DNA from: Candidatus Latescibacterota bacterium
GTDB taxonomy: Bacteria; Latescibacterota; UBA2968; GCA-2709665
Reading direction: 5' to 3'
NCBI GenBank assembly: GCA_965203805.1
Contig: OZ241917.1
Location: 5,184,001 to 5,248,000, forward strand
Length of the DNA stretch: 64,000 nt
Numbering within the stretch: the stretch's first letter is position 1; each line of letters opens with the position of its first letter. The notes under the pieces were generated by a model. It ran no database searches, was not told where the DNA came from, and saw only the letters and a program-made list of their open reading frames with translations. Below are positions 20,133-29,216 of this stretch, one piece after another. The position numbers and the translations under genes are program-made.

Positions 20133-22073
20133 ATGAATCGAAACATTAAAGCGCCCGTGCACAGAATGTTGTTGCAGGATCCTGCCCGTCTGGTGGCCGC
20201 TTACGATCAGGCGGCCTCGGAACTGATCGTCGCCGTTCAGCCCGAAGGCTATTTCAAGGGGTGGACGGCCGAGGATCTGGCGTGGCCGGCCGGCGGCGCC
20301 GACGACGTCGGCCTCGAGGGTCTGCGCAAACGGGCGCGGATTGTGGACGCGATCTGCCGGGGTGTACCCGGTCTGCGGGACAACCGGCTGAAGGAGGCGC
20401 ACGACCATTTCGTCGAACTGACGCCGGCTTACCACGAAGGGAACCGGATCTACCTTCGGCTTCGGGATGAATTCATTGAAGCGGGCGCCGGAACAGGCCC
20501 GGACTTTCTGAAACTGTATCAGTCCCTCTACGTGGAGGCGCTCGCAAAAGGAGATGATTTCTCGCCCGACCCGGCAGAAACCGCACTGGCGCGAGCCCGG
20601 ATCTCCCGGGTACCGCTGTCGCACGCCAGGGCGGTTGCGGAAGCGCTGCCCAGCGTGACCACGGACGACGATCCGCGCTGGAGTGTGGAATACGCCTGCA
20701 CGGTGAGTGGCGAGACCTGGAGCGGAACCCTCCGGGAACTCCTGGAAGACGTGGCGCAGCGGACCCTGCACTACATCGCGGCCGGAGAGCTTCTCGCCAC
20801 GCGCTACAACACCTACAATAACCTGGGCTGGTTCGGCAGTTCGGTGTGGAAGGTAGTCGCGGAAGCCGATGTGCGCCTGTATCGGATGGAGGGATCGGAT
20901 CCCGCGCGCTCGGAGATGCTGAAGGCCGACGTAGACCTGGCACGCGGCATGCTCGTGGAGTTCCTGGCGGCGCACCGGGAGGATCCCGCCCGGCTCAGGC
21001 CGGAGAACTACTGGTACGGGCAGCCGTACAGCTATCTGACGCGGGACATGATCGACCTGAGCGTCCGGATCGCGGACGGCTTGAATTCGGCGGCAAGGGA
21101 ACTGGACGGGGTGACCGAAATGGCACTCCCGCCCCTGCTGGCGGGCGCCCGCACGGGCCGGTTTCTGGACTACGCCCACGTGGGCGTGACCGAGGAACAG
21201 ACGTCATTCCAGAGGAAAATCAGGATGTTGCGCTGGGCGAGACGGTGCTGGCGGGTGGGGAAACGCAGGCGCCGGATCGCGGAGGAGGACCTCACGCCGT
21301 CCCAGAGGCACGAACGCGCGTGGGAGGTCTGGCTGGATTGGTCCCGGGACACAATGAAAGCATTCGGCATCCGGCTGGACGTCACAATCGCCCCGATGTT
21401 CCGGACACTCGTCCGGGAAATGGACCTTGCGGCCGGCGGCCGGCGGATCCTGTTCCTGCCCTCGCACCAGAGCATGCTCGAGCATTTCGTGGTGTTTTCC
21501 GTATTCAACGATCCGGTCTTTCTGGATGCGATGGGTTGGGATCGGTCCCGGCCTGTCGTACAACTCGCCCGAACGGGCCTGGCGAAGTCAACGTCGGTGA
21601 AGATCGGGTCCCGAGAAATCAGTATCTTCGGGATGTCTCCGGACAGGTTCGACCGGATGTTCGAGACCGTCGACGGTTTCATCACCCGGGACAGCGTGGA
21701 CATCTCTTCGCATACGATTCCGCGAATCCTGCAGGAGATGGAGCGGCGTCCGGGTGTGATTTATCCGATGGGCACGACGGCTTCCTTCGACGTGCAGTTG
21801 TTCCCGCTGCAACACGCGCTTTTCGCGAAACTGCCCCAGGACGTCGTGATGGTCCCGATCGTGTTTCGGGGCAGCCATGCGCTATGGCCCAAGTGTCCGG
21901 CGCGCAATCTGAATATCAATCCCGGCGTGATCGAGGCGGTGATCCTGCCCCCGATGCCGGGTGAGACCACGCTGCTGCCGCGCCGCCGGTCCCTGCGCAT
22001 CCAGCTGGAGGCCGCCAATCTGCTTCAGGCGGTGCATATTTCGAATCTGCTGAATCCGGAACCCTCGCGATGA
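20133..22073 (+). CDS. Atypical glycerolipid acyltransferase (C-terminal PlsC-like domain, uncharacterised N-terminal domain); putative DHAP acyltransferase
   Basis: PSHQSMLEH (HxxxxD variant), GFITRD, IYPMGT (FPEGT variant), VPIVFRG. Located between far and agps. Confidence 0.65.
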   Translation: MNRNIKAPVHRMLLQDPARLVAAYDQAASELIVAVQPEGYFKGWTAEDLAWPAGGADDVGLEGLRKRARIVDAICRGVPGLRDNRLKEAHDHFVELTPAYHEGNRIYLRLRDEFIEAGAGTGPDFLKLYQSLYVEALAKGDDFSPDPAETALARARISRVPLSHARAVAEALPSVTTDDDPRWSVEYACTVSGETWSGTLRELLEDVAQRTLHYIAAGELLATRYNTYNNLGWFGSSVWKVVAEADVRLYRMEGSDPARSEMLKADVDLARGMLVEFLAAHREDPARLRPENYWYGQPYSYLTRDMIDLSVRIADGLNSAARELDGVTEMALPPLLAGARTGRFLDYAHVGVTEEQTSFQRKIRMLRWARRCWRVGKRRRRIAEEDLTPSQRHERAWEVWLDWSRDTMKAFGIRLDVTIAPMFRTLVREMDLAAGGRRILFLPSHQSMLEHFVVFSVFNDPVFLDAMGWDRSRPVVQLARTGLAKSTSVKIGSREISIFGMSPDRFDRMFETVDGFITRDSVDISSHTIPRILQEMERRPGVIYPMGTTASFDVQLFPLQHALFAKLPQDVVMVPIVFRGSHALWPKCPARNLNINPGVIEAVILPPMPGETTLLPRRRSLRIQLEAANLLQAVHISNLLNPEPSR

Positions 22074-22113
22074 GAAACCGGATCCGGCCGATTGTTGTCA
22101 TCGGGAGTACGTA

Positions 22114-23961
22114 ATGCCTGAGTGGGGAATCGCAGCGGTTGTCGCCGCGACAATTCTGCTGATCGCGCTTCTGCCCAGACGGAGGGGCGCCGGAAGCGAA
22201 CCGGACGAATTCTTCGATCATTCCGAAGCGGAACGGTTTCCCCACAAGTGGGGATACACGGACACGCGGTTCGAGTTTGTGGACGATCGCACGCTGAAGG
22301 TGACCGGCAACAGGTACCCCATCTCGGGATACCGCATGCCGTTTCTGATCGACTTTGTGGAGGACGTGCTGGGCATTGCGATCCGGAAGGAAGACGCGTT
22401 TGCCGAGCGCGACGAAATTGAAGCGACGGAACCGAACGTGGACGCGGCGTTCGGGAACGCGGTGAAGGAGCGGTTCGGAGACGGGCAGGTTTCCTTGGAT
22501 CCGCAAGCCAGGCTGGTGCACAGCCACGGACAGCTGAGCGTGGAGGAAGTGTATCGCGTGATGTATGGCGATTCGCTACCCAGGCTGGTCGACCTGGTGT
22601 TCTATCCCGAAGAGGAGGCCGACGTCAAGGCCATGATCGACCTCGCCAACGAGCATAACGTGTGCCTGGTGCCCTATGGCGGCGGGACGAACGTGAGCGG
22701 TGCGCTGGCGTGTCCGGCCGACGAGCGGCGCACGATCGTTTCGGTGGATATGCGCCGGATGGACCGGGTGATGTGGATTGACGAGGCCAATCTTCAGGCC
22801 GGCGTCGAGGCGGGGATTTCGGGCAAGGCGATGGAGAGAGCGCTTGGAGAGCGGGGGTACACCTCGGGACACGATCCCGATAGCGTGGAATTGTCCACCA
22901 TGGGCGGCTGGATCTCGACCAATGCGAGCGGGATGAAGAAGAACCGGTACGGCAATATCGAAGACATCGTGCTCGAAGCGACGCTGGTGACGCCTACCGG
23001 CGAAATCGCAACCCGCCAGGTCACGCCCAGAAACTCCACGGGCGTCCAGCCGCGGGGTCTGCTGTTCGGAAGCGAAGGCAATTTCGGTATTATCACCACG
23101 GCGGTGATCAAGATTCATCCGATCCCCGAGGCGCGCAAGTACGGGGCGCTCGTCTTCCCTGCTTTCGAGAAGGGCGTTTCTTATCTGAAGGCGCTCCGGC
23201 AGACCGGCATGCTGCCCGCGAGCATCCGCCTGGTCAACAACAACGAATTCCGGTTCGGACAGGCCCTGAAAGGGGAACCGACGTTCCTGAAAGGCGTCAA
23301 GGAAAAGGTTCAGAAATTCGTCCTGTTGAAGGTGATGGGTTTCGATCCGATGAAGATGGGCGCGTGTACCATCGTGATGGAGGGCACGCATGACGAAGTG
23401 CGCCAGCAGGAACGCACGATCTTCAGCCTGGCGAAGAAATACGGCGCCAAGAGCGCGGGCGCCAGCAACGGCAAGCGAGGCTATTCGCTGACGTTCGGCA
23501 TCGCCTACATTCGTGATTTCCTGAATCAATACGGCATCCTGGGCGAAACCTTCGAGACGTCTGTTCCCTGGGACCGGATCCACCAGGTTTGCGATGCGGT
23601 ATCGAAGGAACTGGTGACGCAGGCCACGATGCACAACGTGCCGGGGAAACCCTATCTCTCGTACCGGGTGACCCAGACCTACCATACGGGCGTCTGTATC
23701 TATTTCACCATGGGCATTTACGGCAAGGGCCTGGAAGCGCCGGGCCGGACGTTTCACGTGATCGAACACCGGCTTCGGCAGGTGATCCTGGACAACGGAG
23801 GGTCTTTGTCGCACCACCACGGCGTTGGAAAGGTAAGAAAGGACTTCCTGCCGCAGATTCAGAGCGATAACAGTATCCAGGTCATGCGTCAGGCCAAGAA
23901 CGCGATGGATCCGAACAACATCTTCGGGATCAGAAATGGTGTTTTCGGGGAGATTGAGTGA
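22114..23961 (+). CDS. agps: Alkyldihydroxyacetonephosphate synthase (FAD-linked)
   Basis: PYGGGTNVS, GHDPDSVELSTMGGWISTNASGMKKNRYGNIEDIV, GSEGNFG, FETSVPW, RVTQTYHTGVCIYF and LSHHHGVGK. N-terminal hydrophobic anchor. Confidence 0.9.
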   Translation: MPEWGIAAVVAATILLIALLPRRRGAGSEPDEFFDHSEAERFPHKWGYTDTRFEFVDDRTLKVTGNRYPISGYRMPFLIDFVEDVLGIAIRKEDAFAERDEIEATEPNVDAAFGNAVKERFGDGQVSLDPQARLVHSHGQLSVEEVYRVMYGDSLPRLVDLVFYPEEEADVKAMIDLANEHNVCLVPYGGGTNVSGALACPADERRTIVSVDMRRMDRVMWIDEANLQAGVEAGISGKAMERALGERGYTSGHDPDSVELSTMGGWISTNASGMKKNRYGNIEDIVLEATLVTPTGEIATRQVTPRNSTGVQPRGLLFGSEGNFGIITTAVIKIHPIPEARKYGALVFPAFEKGVSYLKALRQTGMLPASIRLVNNNEFRFGQALKGEPTFLKGVKEKVQKFVLLKVMGFDPMKMGACTIVMEGTHDEVRQQERTIFSLAKKYGAKSAGASNGKRGYSLTFGIAYIRDFLNQYGILGETFETSVPWDRIHQVCDAVSKELVTQATMHNVPGKPYLSYRVTQTYHTGVCIYFTMGIYGKGLEAPGRTFHVIEHRLRQVILDNGGSLSHHHGVGKVRKDFLPQIQSDNSIQVMRQAKNAMDPNNIFGIRNGVFGEIE

Positions 23962-24036
23962 CGGCTGATGGGCCTCTCGAGGTGGGGGCGCCCGGCCGGT
24001 CGCCCCGACAATGCCGAATCGCAGGGAAGGCAAATC

Positions 24037-24843
24037 ATGTTCAACGGTAAAGTGGTCGCGATAACCGGGGCGTCGTCGGGTCTGGGCGCAACGCTGGCTC
24101 TGGCGTTCGCGGAGGAAGGGGCGGACCTGGCCCTTTTCGCCCTGGACGACGGCGTCCACGAAACGGCGGCTGACTGCAGGGAGCGCGGCAGCCGCGTGAC
24201 CACGGAAACGGGTGACGTCGGAAATCCGGCGGACTGCGAGGCCTGGATCGACGCCGCGGTATCCGGACTGGGAGGCGTGGACTACCTGGTTGCCTGCGCG
24301 GGAATCAGCATGTGGGCGCGGTTCGACGAGGTGGAGGACCTGACGATTTTTCGCAGGTTGATGGAAACGAACTATCTGGGCATCGTGCATTGCGTATACT
24401 ACGCATTGCCCCACTTAAAGGCGCGCGACGGGATGGTGGTGGCGATTTCCTCCATCCAGGGCAAGATCGGCGTGCCCCTGCATACGGGTTACGTGGCGTC
24501 CAAGCACGCCGTTCAGGGCTTCTTCGAGTCGCTGCGGACGGAACTTCTGGACACGGGCGTGGACGTGCTGACGGTACTGCCCCACTGGCTGCGCGGGACC
24601 AATCTGCGCAAGGCGGCTTTCGGAAAGGATGGCGGGGCTCTCGGCGGGTCGAGCCGCAAGCACAGCAGGGAGTCGATATCCCTGGACGACGCAAGCACGG
24701 CCATCATCGAAGCGATGAAGAAGAGGAAGCGGGAACTGATCATCCCGTTCAAGCTGAGATTTCTGCCCTGGCTGCACCTGATCAATCCGAAGATCGTCGA
24801 ATATCTGGTCACGCGCGGGGTGGCGAAACAGGAAAAAGGGTAG
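24037..24843 (+). CDS. SDR oxidoreductase, DHRS7B/PexRAP-like; putative acyl/alkyl-DHAP reductase
   Basis: TGASSGLG, METNYLG, VAISSIQGK and YVASKHA motifs. Confidence 0.8.
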   Translation: MFNGKVVAITGASSGLGATLALAFAEEGADLALFALDDGVHETAADCRERGSRVTTETGDVGNPADCEAWIDAAVSGLGGVDYLVACAGISMWARFDEVEDLTIFRRLMETNYLGIVHCVYYALPHLKARDGMVVAISSIQGKIGVPLHTGYVASKHAVQGFFESLRTELLDTGVDVLTVLPHWLRGTNLRKAAFGKDGGALGGSSRKHSRESISLDDASTAIIEAMKKRKRELIIPFKLRFLPWLHLINPKIVEYLVTRGVAKQEKG

Positions 24844-24882
24844 CGGCTCGTCGGTTCGGCGGGTTGCGGCGCGAGGCCGGAT

Positions 24883-25572
24883 TCAGGAAAAGACCCCGTC
24901 CACATCCAGGTGTTCTTCAATCAGTTCGGGCATGCGTCCGAGATGCCCGGCATCCACGTCCACGCCCGGATCGAATGGCACGATGCCCAGTGACGCGGCC
25001 CCGGTCAGGCGCGTGACCACCTCCGGACTGCTGCGGGCGGCCCTCGGGTCGCCGGGTCCGGTCGTATTGTAGACGACGCCCCGAATTTCCAGGTTGCGCG
25101 TCTTCGCGGCCTCGAGCGTGAGCATCGTGTGGTTGATGGCGCCCAGCGCGGCACGCGCGACCAACAGCAGTGGCAGGTCAAGACGGTCGGCGAGGTCCGC
25201 GACCAGGAAGTCATCACGGATCGGAACCAGCAGGCCGCCCACACCCTCGACCAGTACGGTTTCATGCAGGCGGATCAGGCGGTTAAACGCATCCACGATG
25301 GGTTCCAGCGGAACCCGGCGGCCCTCCAGTTCGGCGGCCACGTTCGGCGACAACGGCGCGGCGAGCCGGACGGGATTGACGAGTTCGAGCCCATCTGAGA
25401 CGCCCGCCGCCTTCACCAGGAATCGCGCATCCGCCGCGCCGCCCGACGACACGGGCTTGAACACACCCACGTCCACGCCGCGTCCCCGAAGAACGGCGGC
25501 AATTCCGGCGGTCACGGCGGTTTTGCCCGCGCCGGTGTCCGTGGCGGTAACGAAGACTCCCCTGGATTGCAT
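24883..25572 (-). CDS. bioD: Dethiobiotin synthase
   Basis: TATDTGAGKT, FKPVSSG, VEGVGGLLVP, LGAINHT. Confidence 0.95.
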   Translation of the reverse strand: MQSRGVFVTATDTGAGKTAVTAGIAAVLRGRGVDVGVFKPVSSGGAADARFLVKAAGVSDGLELVNPVRLAAPLSPNVAAELEGRRVPLEPIVDAFNRLIRLHETVLVEGVGGLLVPIRDDFLVADLADRLDLPLLLVARAALGAINHTMLTLEAAKTRNLEIRGVVYNTTGPGDPRAARSSPEVVTRLTGAASLGIVPFDPGVDVDAGHLGRMPELIEEHLDVDGVFS

Positions 25573-25592
25573 GGTCGTATTGCCCCCGGAAG

Positions 25593-26963
25593 TCAGGCCG
25601 CGTTCGTCACGGCGCGGATGGACTCGCAGGCGATATCCAGCAGCTCTTCGAGATCGCGGTCGGAAATGGCCAGGGGCGGCATGAGGACAATCGTGTCTCC
25701 CAGCGGGCGGATGAGCAGACCCCGTTTCCGGGCCTCGCCGCAGACGCGGTTGCCGACTCTCTCCGACGTCGGATACGGCCGTCCGCCAGCGCTGTCGGCA
25801 ACCAGTTCGATGCCGGCGATGAAACCGCACCGGCGAACGTCCCCCACATGCGGGAGGGTCCTGAAGCGCTTGAGTCCGCGAGCGAGACGCTCGATCCTGG
25901 GTTGCAGCGACGCCAGTACGTTGCGGCTCTCGAATCGTTCGATGGCTGCCAGCGCCGCGGCGCAGCCGAGCGGATTGCCTGTATACGTGTGGCCGTGGAA
26001 GAACGTCTTGCCTTCGCTGTCTTCGCCCAGAAACGCATCGAAGATCCCGCCGGTGGTCAGCGTGGCGGCCACAGGCAGGTATCCGCCCGTGAGTCCCTTG
26101 CCCAGGCAGAGAATGTCGGGCGCGACCCCTTCTTTCTCGCAGGCGAACATGGCGCCGGTGCGACCGAAGCCGGTGGCGATCTCGTCGGCGATGAGCAGCA
26201 CGTCGTGCGCCCTGCAGAGGTCGGCGACTCCCTTCAGATAGCCCTCGGGATGGACCAGCATCCCACCGGCGCCCTGGATCAGCGGCTCAATGATGAAGGC
26301 GGCGATGCGGTGGGCGTTTTGTTTCAGGATTTCTTCGACCGCCCTCAAACAGCCCTGGTTGCACGCGCTTGCGCGGGCGCAGAACGCGCAGCGATACGGA
26401 TGGGGCGACGGCGCATTCAGCGACGGAAAGAGGAGCGGGCCGTACGCCTTGTGGAAAGTGTCGATATTCCCAACGCTCATGGCGCCGACGGTGTCGCCGT
26501 GATAGCTCCGCTCGAGGCTCAGAAAGCTGGTCTTGCCGGGTCGCGGGTCCGGTCTCTGCCGCCAGTACTGGAAGGCGATCTTGAGCGCGATCTCAACGGC
26601 GCAGGCGCCCGTGTCCGAATAGAACACGTGGTCCAGACCATCCGGTGTGATCGCCACCAGTTTTTCGGCCAGCCGGATCGCGGGTACGTTGGAAAGGCCC
26701 AGCAGCGTGCTGTGCGCTACCTGGTCCAGTTGTTCGCGGATGGCGGTGTCGATTTCCCCGGCGCGGTGGCCGTGTACGTTGCACCACATCGAGGAGTATC
26801 CGTCCAGATACCGGTTACCGTCGATGTCCTCCAGATAGACGCCGTCCGCACGAGCGATGACGATGGGGTCTTCGCTCGCATACGTGCGCATCTGGGTGAA
26901 CGGGTGCCACACGAGGCGCCGGTCGAGGTCTTTCAGGCGGGCCTTGTCGTCCGGGGACATCAT
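25593..26963 (-). CDS. bioA: Adenosylmethionine-8-amino-7-oxononanoate aminotransferase
   Basis: [52 protein letters not shown]. Confidence 0.95.
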   Translation of the reverse strand: MMSPDDKARLKDLDRRLVWHPFTQMRTYASEDPIVIARADGVYLEDIDGNRYLDGYSSMWCNVHGHRAGEIDTAIREQLDQVAHSTLLGLSNVPAIRLAEKLVAITPDGLDHVFYSDTGACAVEIALKIAFQYWRQRPDPRPGKTSFLSLERSYHGDTVGAMSVGNIDTFHKAYGPLLFPSLNAPSPHPYRCAFCARASACNQGCLRAVEEILKQNAHRIAAFIIEPLIQGAGGMLVHPEGYLKGVADLCRAHDVLLIADEIATGFGRTGAMFACEKEGVAPDILCLGKGLTGGYLPVAATLTTGGIFDAFLGEDSEGKTFFHGHTYTGNPLGCAAALAAIERFESRNVLASLQPRIERLARGLKRFRTLPHVGDVRRCGFIAGIELVADSAGGRPYPTSERVGNRVCGEARKRGLLIRPLGDTIVLMPPLAISDRDLEELLDIACESIRAVTNAA

Positions 26964-27003
26964 CGTATGGATGGGGATTCGGTACGGGCGGCGAATGGTC
27001 TGG

Positions 27004-27939
27004 TTACCGCCTGCTTGCGCCGATGCTCTCAAGGATGTCAATGGGCATTTTGCAGACCATGGTGTACGCGGGGTCGTAGACGTTGCCCACGTCGTACTCC
27101 ACGGCCTGGCCCATGAGGATGTGTATGGACCGGGTATCCAGGCCGTAGTCTTCCTGGAGGAACCGGATCAATTCGGTGGTGGCGTGTTGGGTTGCCTGGT
27201 CCAGCGGGCGGGCGTTGCCCACGGCCATCACGTGGGTTTCGTTGATCGCCCTGGGCCAGTGGATGGTTTTGCCCTTCAGCAGGCGCAGCGTAAAGGTGAC
27301 GTCGAAGGAGATTTCGATGCCCGTGCCCGCGATTTCGCCGTCGCCCTGAACCGCGTGGCCGTCGCCGATGTGGAACAGCCCGCCCTCGACGAAGACGGGG
27401 AAGTACACGGTGACGCCCTGGACGAATTCCCGGTAGTCCATGTTGCCGCCGTGGGTATCGGATGTGGCGGTGGAGATGGCTTGGCCGCGGGGCGGCGCCA
27501 CGCCGAAGCAGCCCACCATCGGCTTCAGAGGGATCCGGAGCCTGCCGATGGGGAGGTCATCGAAGCCGATGGGCGTGGCCGTGTTGTTGTCGAAGTCGAT
27601 TTCCCAATCCAGGAGGCGGCCGCGGTCGTCGTCGAATTCGGGCGTGTACCCGAAATCCAGCACGTTGGCGGCGACAATGCCCGACGTGTATCCGACGTTG
27701 CGGTTGGGCGCCAGTTTGTCGAAGGTTACGGCCAGCGTATCGCCCGGTTCCGCGCCCTCGAGGTAGAAGGGTCCGGTCTGGGGATTGCCCGCCGGCGTGA
27801 TCGGTTGGCCCGAGGCGTCGCTTCCGCCGGCGTCGACGGTGGTGGTTGAGATGGTGTCGCCGCTGGCGACGTGCAGCACCGGGTCGTGCGCGCCCATGGC
27901 AGTGTGATAGGTTTCAGGGACGAATTGGTGGTGGGCCAT
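27004..27939 (-). CDS. Acetamidase/formamidase family protein
   Basis: NPQTGPFY, HGGNMD, GDGHAVQGDGEIAGTGIE. Confidence 0.9.
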   Translation of the reverse strand: MAHHQFVPETYHTAMGAHDPVLHVASGDTISTTTVDAGGSDASGQPITPAGNPQTGPFYLEGAEPGDTLAVTFDKLAPNRNVGYTSGIVAANVLDFGYTPEFDDDRGRLLDWEIDFDNNTATPIGFDDLPIGRLRIPLKPMVGCFGVAPPRGQAISTATSDTHGGNMDYREFVQGVTVYFPVFVEGGLFHIGDGHAVQGDGEIAGTGIEISFDVTFTLRLLKGKTIHWPRAINETHVMAVGNARPLDQATQHATTELIRFLQEDYGLDTRSIHILMGQAVEYDVGNVYDPAYTMVCKMPIDILESIGASRR

Positions 27940-28030
27940 GGATACTCCTCTTAAGAAAGTACGGGTGCGAGAGCGGGGCGATCGACGGTTCCCGGGGCCC
28001 GCTGGAGGGCGCCCGGTTTCGGTGGTCTCG

Positions 28031-28954
28031 TTACTGGGGAACCGCAATCATGCGGATGTTCGAGGGCGCTTTCCACGCTGATGTCCAGGAAAGGCCTCGA
28101 TCCTGGCTGCCGAACAGGGTATCGCCAACTGCCGACCAGGCGCGGCCGTCGGGCGTGAAGCCAATGTGAAAGGTGTCGATGTTGCCCGCTGTGGTTTCGG
28201 GAAAGCCGTCGGTGACGTGCGACCAGTCGCGCCCGCCGTTATCGGTACGGTAGAGCTGACCCTGGGCGTCTCCGTGGGGCCCCGTGCTGACCGAGGCAAG
28301 AAGGCATTCCGGTTCGTCAGGGTGCACGGCGATGGCCCTGCCGTAGAAATAGGGAAAGCCGTCGGACCGGTGCAGCCAGGATCTCCCGCGGTCGTTGCTG
28401 AGGTAAACGGCACGGGCCGTGTTTGCGTACACCCGTTCGTCTTCCATGGACGACGTGGCAACCTGATGCACGTCCTGGTGCAGGTCCGGCGTGACGGGTT
28501 CCCAGGTGCGGCCCCGGTCGGGCGAACGCATGATGCTGCCCACGTGGATGTCGGCGTAGACCCAGCCGTCCCGTGTGGAGGCCATGCTGCGGACGGCCGC
28601 GGGGCCGCCCCATGGCGTGTACCAGTCGTCGCGGCATTCGAGGGCGTCGAAGGCGTCAAGACGCTCGGTCCCGCCGTCCGTCACGGCGTAAATGTGGGGA
28701 GCCTCCACGCCAACGAGGAAGCGCAGCGGTTCTTCTTCCAGAATGAGAAGGCATTCGATGGGGTCATCAATGCCGGTGGCGAGGGTTCGGGCGCCGGTTT
28801 GCGAAAGCACGGCGACCGCCCCGTCATCCCGGGCCGCCAGGCCGTGGGACCGCCCTTCCGCAATCGCCTGGACGTGGCCGCCATTCAGTACGGCCTGCGG
28901 TTCGGCCTGTTTCCCGTTCAGGGAATATACGGTGTCGCGGGTGGCGATTAACAT
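28031..28954 (-). CDS. BNR/Asp-box beta-propeller protein
   Basis: Repeated S-x-D-x-G-x-(T/S)-W boxes (SPDRGRTW, SNDRGRSW, TDNGGRDW, SQDRGLSW). Confidence 0.8.
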   Translation of the reverse strand: MLIATRDTVYSLNGKQAEPQAVLNGGHVQAIAEGRSHGLAARDDGAVAVLSQTGARTLATGIDDPIECLLILEEEPLRFLVGVEAPHIYAVTDGGTERLDAFDALECRDDWYTPWGGPAAVRSMASTRDGWVYADIHVGSIMRSPDRGRTWEPVTPDLHQDVHQVATSSMEDERVYANTARAVYLSNDRGRSWLHRSDGFPYFYGRAIAVHPDEPECLLASVSTGPHGDAQGQLYRTDNGGRDWSHVTDGFPETTAGNIDTFHIGFTPDGRAWSAVGDTLFGSQDRGLSWTSAWKAPSNIRMIAVPQ

Positions 28955-29011
28955 AGGTACTCCTCTCAAGTGTCCTGTCCCAAAAATACCTCACCATTCT
29001 TCCGCCGATTC

Positions 29012-29189
29012 ATCCCGTCTCGCAGCGTTGCCTTCGCTCGCCGACCTGGCCAGGTCGCCTGCGCTCTGGCGCTGGGTCCAGAGCCTGTCGAAGGATGCGA
29101 GCCGGGCGACTCGACGGCCGAATTCAGGCAACTTATTTCCGGGACAGAACACCAGCAACGGATCGGCCGGCCGCCGTCCGCGACGGGAT
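29012..29189. repeat. Nested intergenic hairpin / REP-like element
   Basis: Outer ATCCCGTC(T)CGC / GCGACGGGAT stem, perfect palindrome CGACCTGGCCAGGTCG (29042-29057) and GAGCCTGTCGAAG motif. Confidence 0.5.
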
Positions 29190-29216
29190 TTCATGGTCTG
29201 GCTGCGAGGCAGGGCC

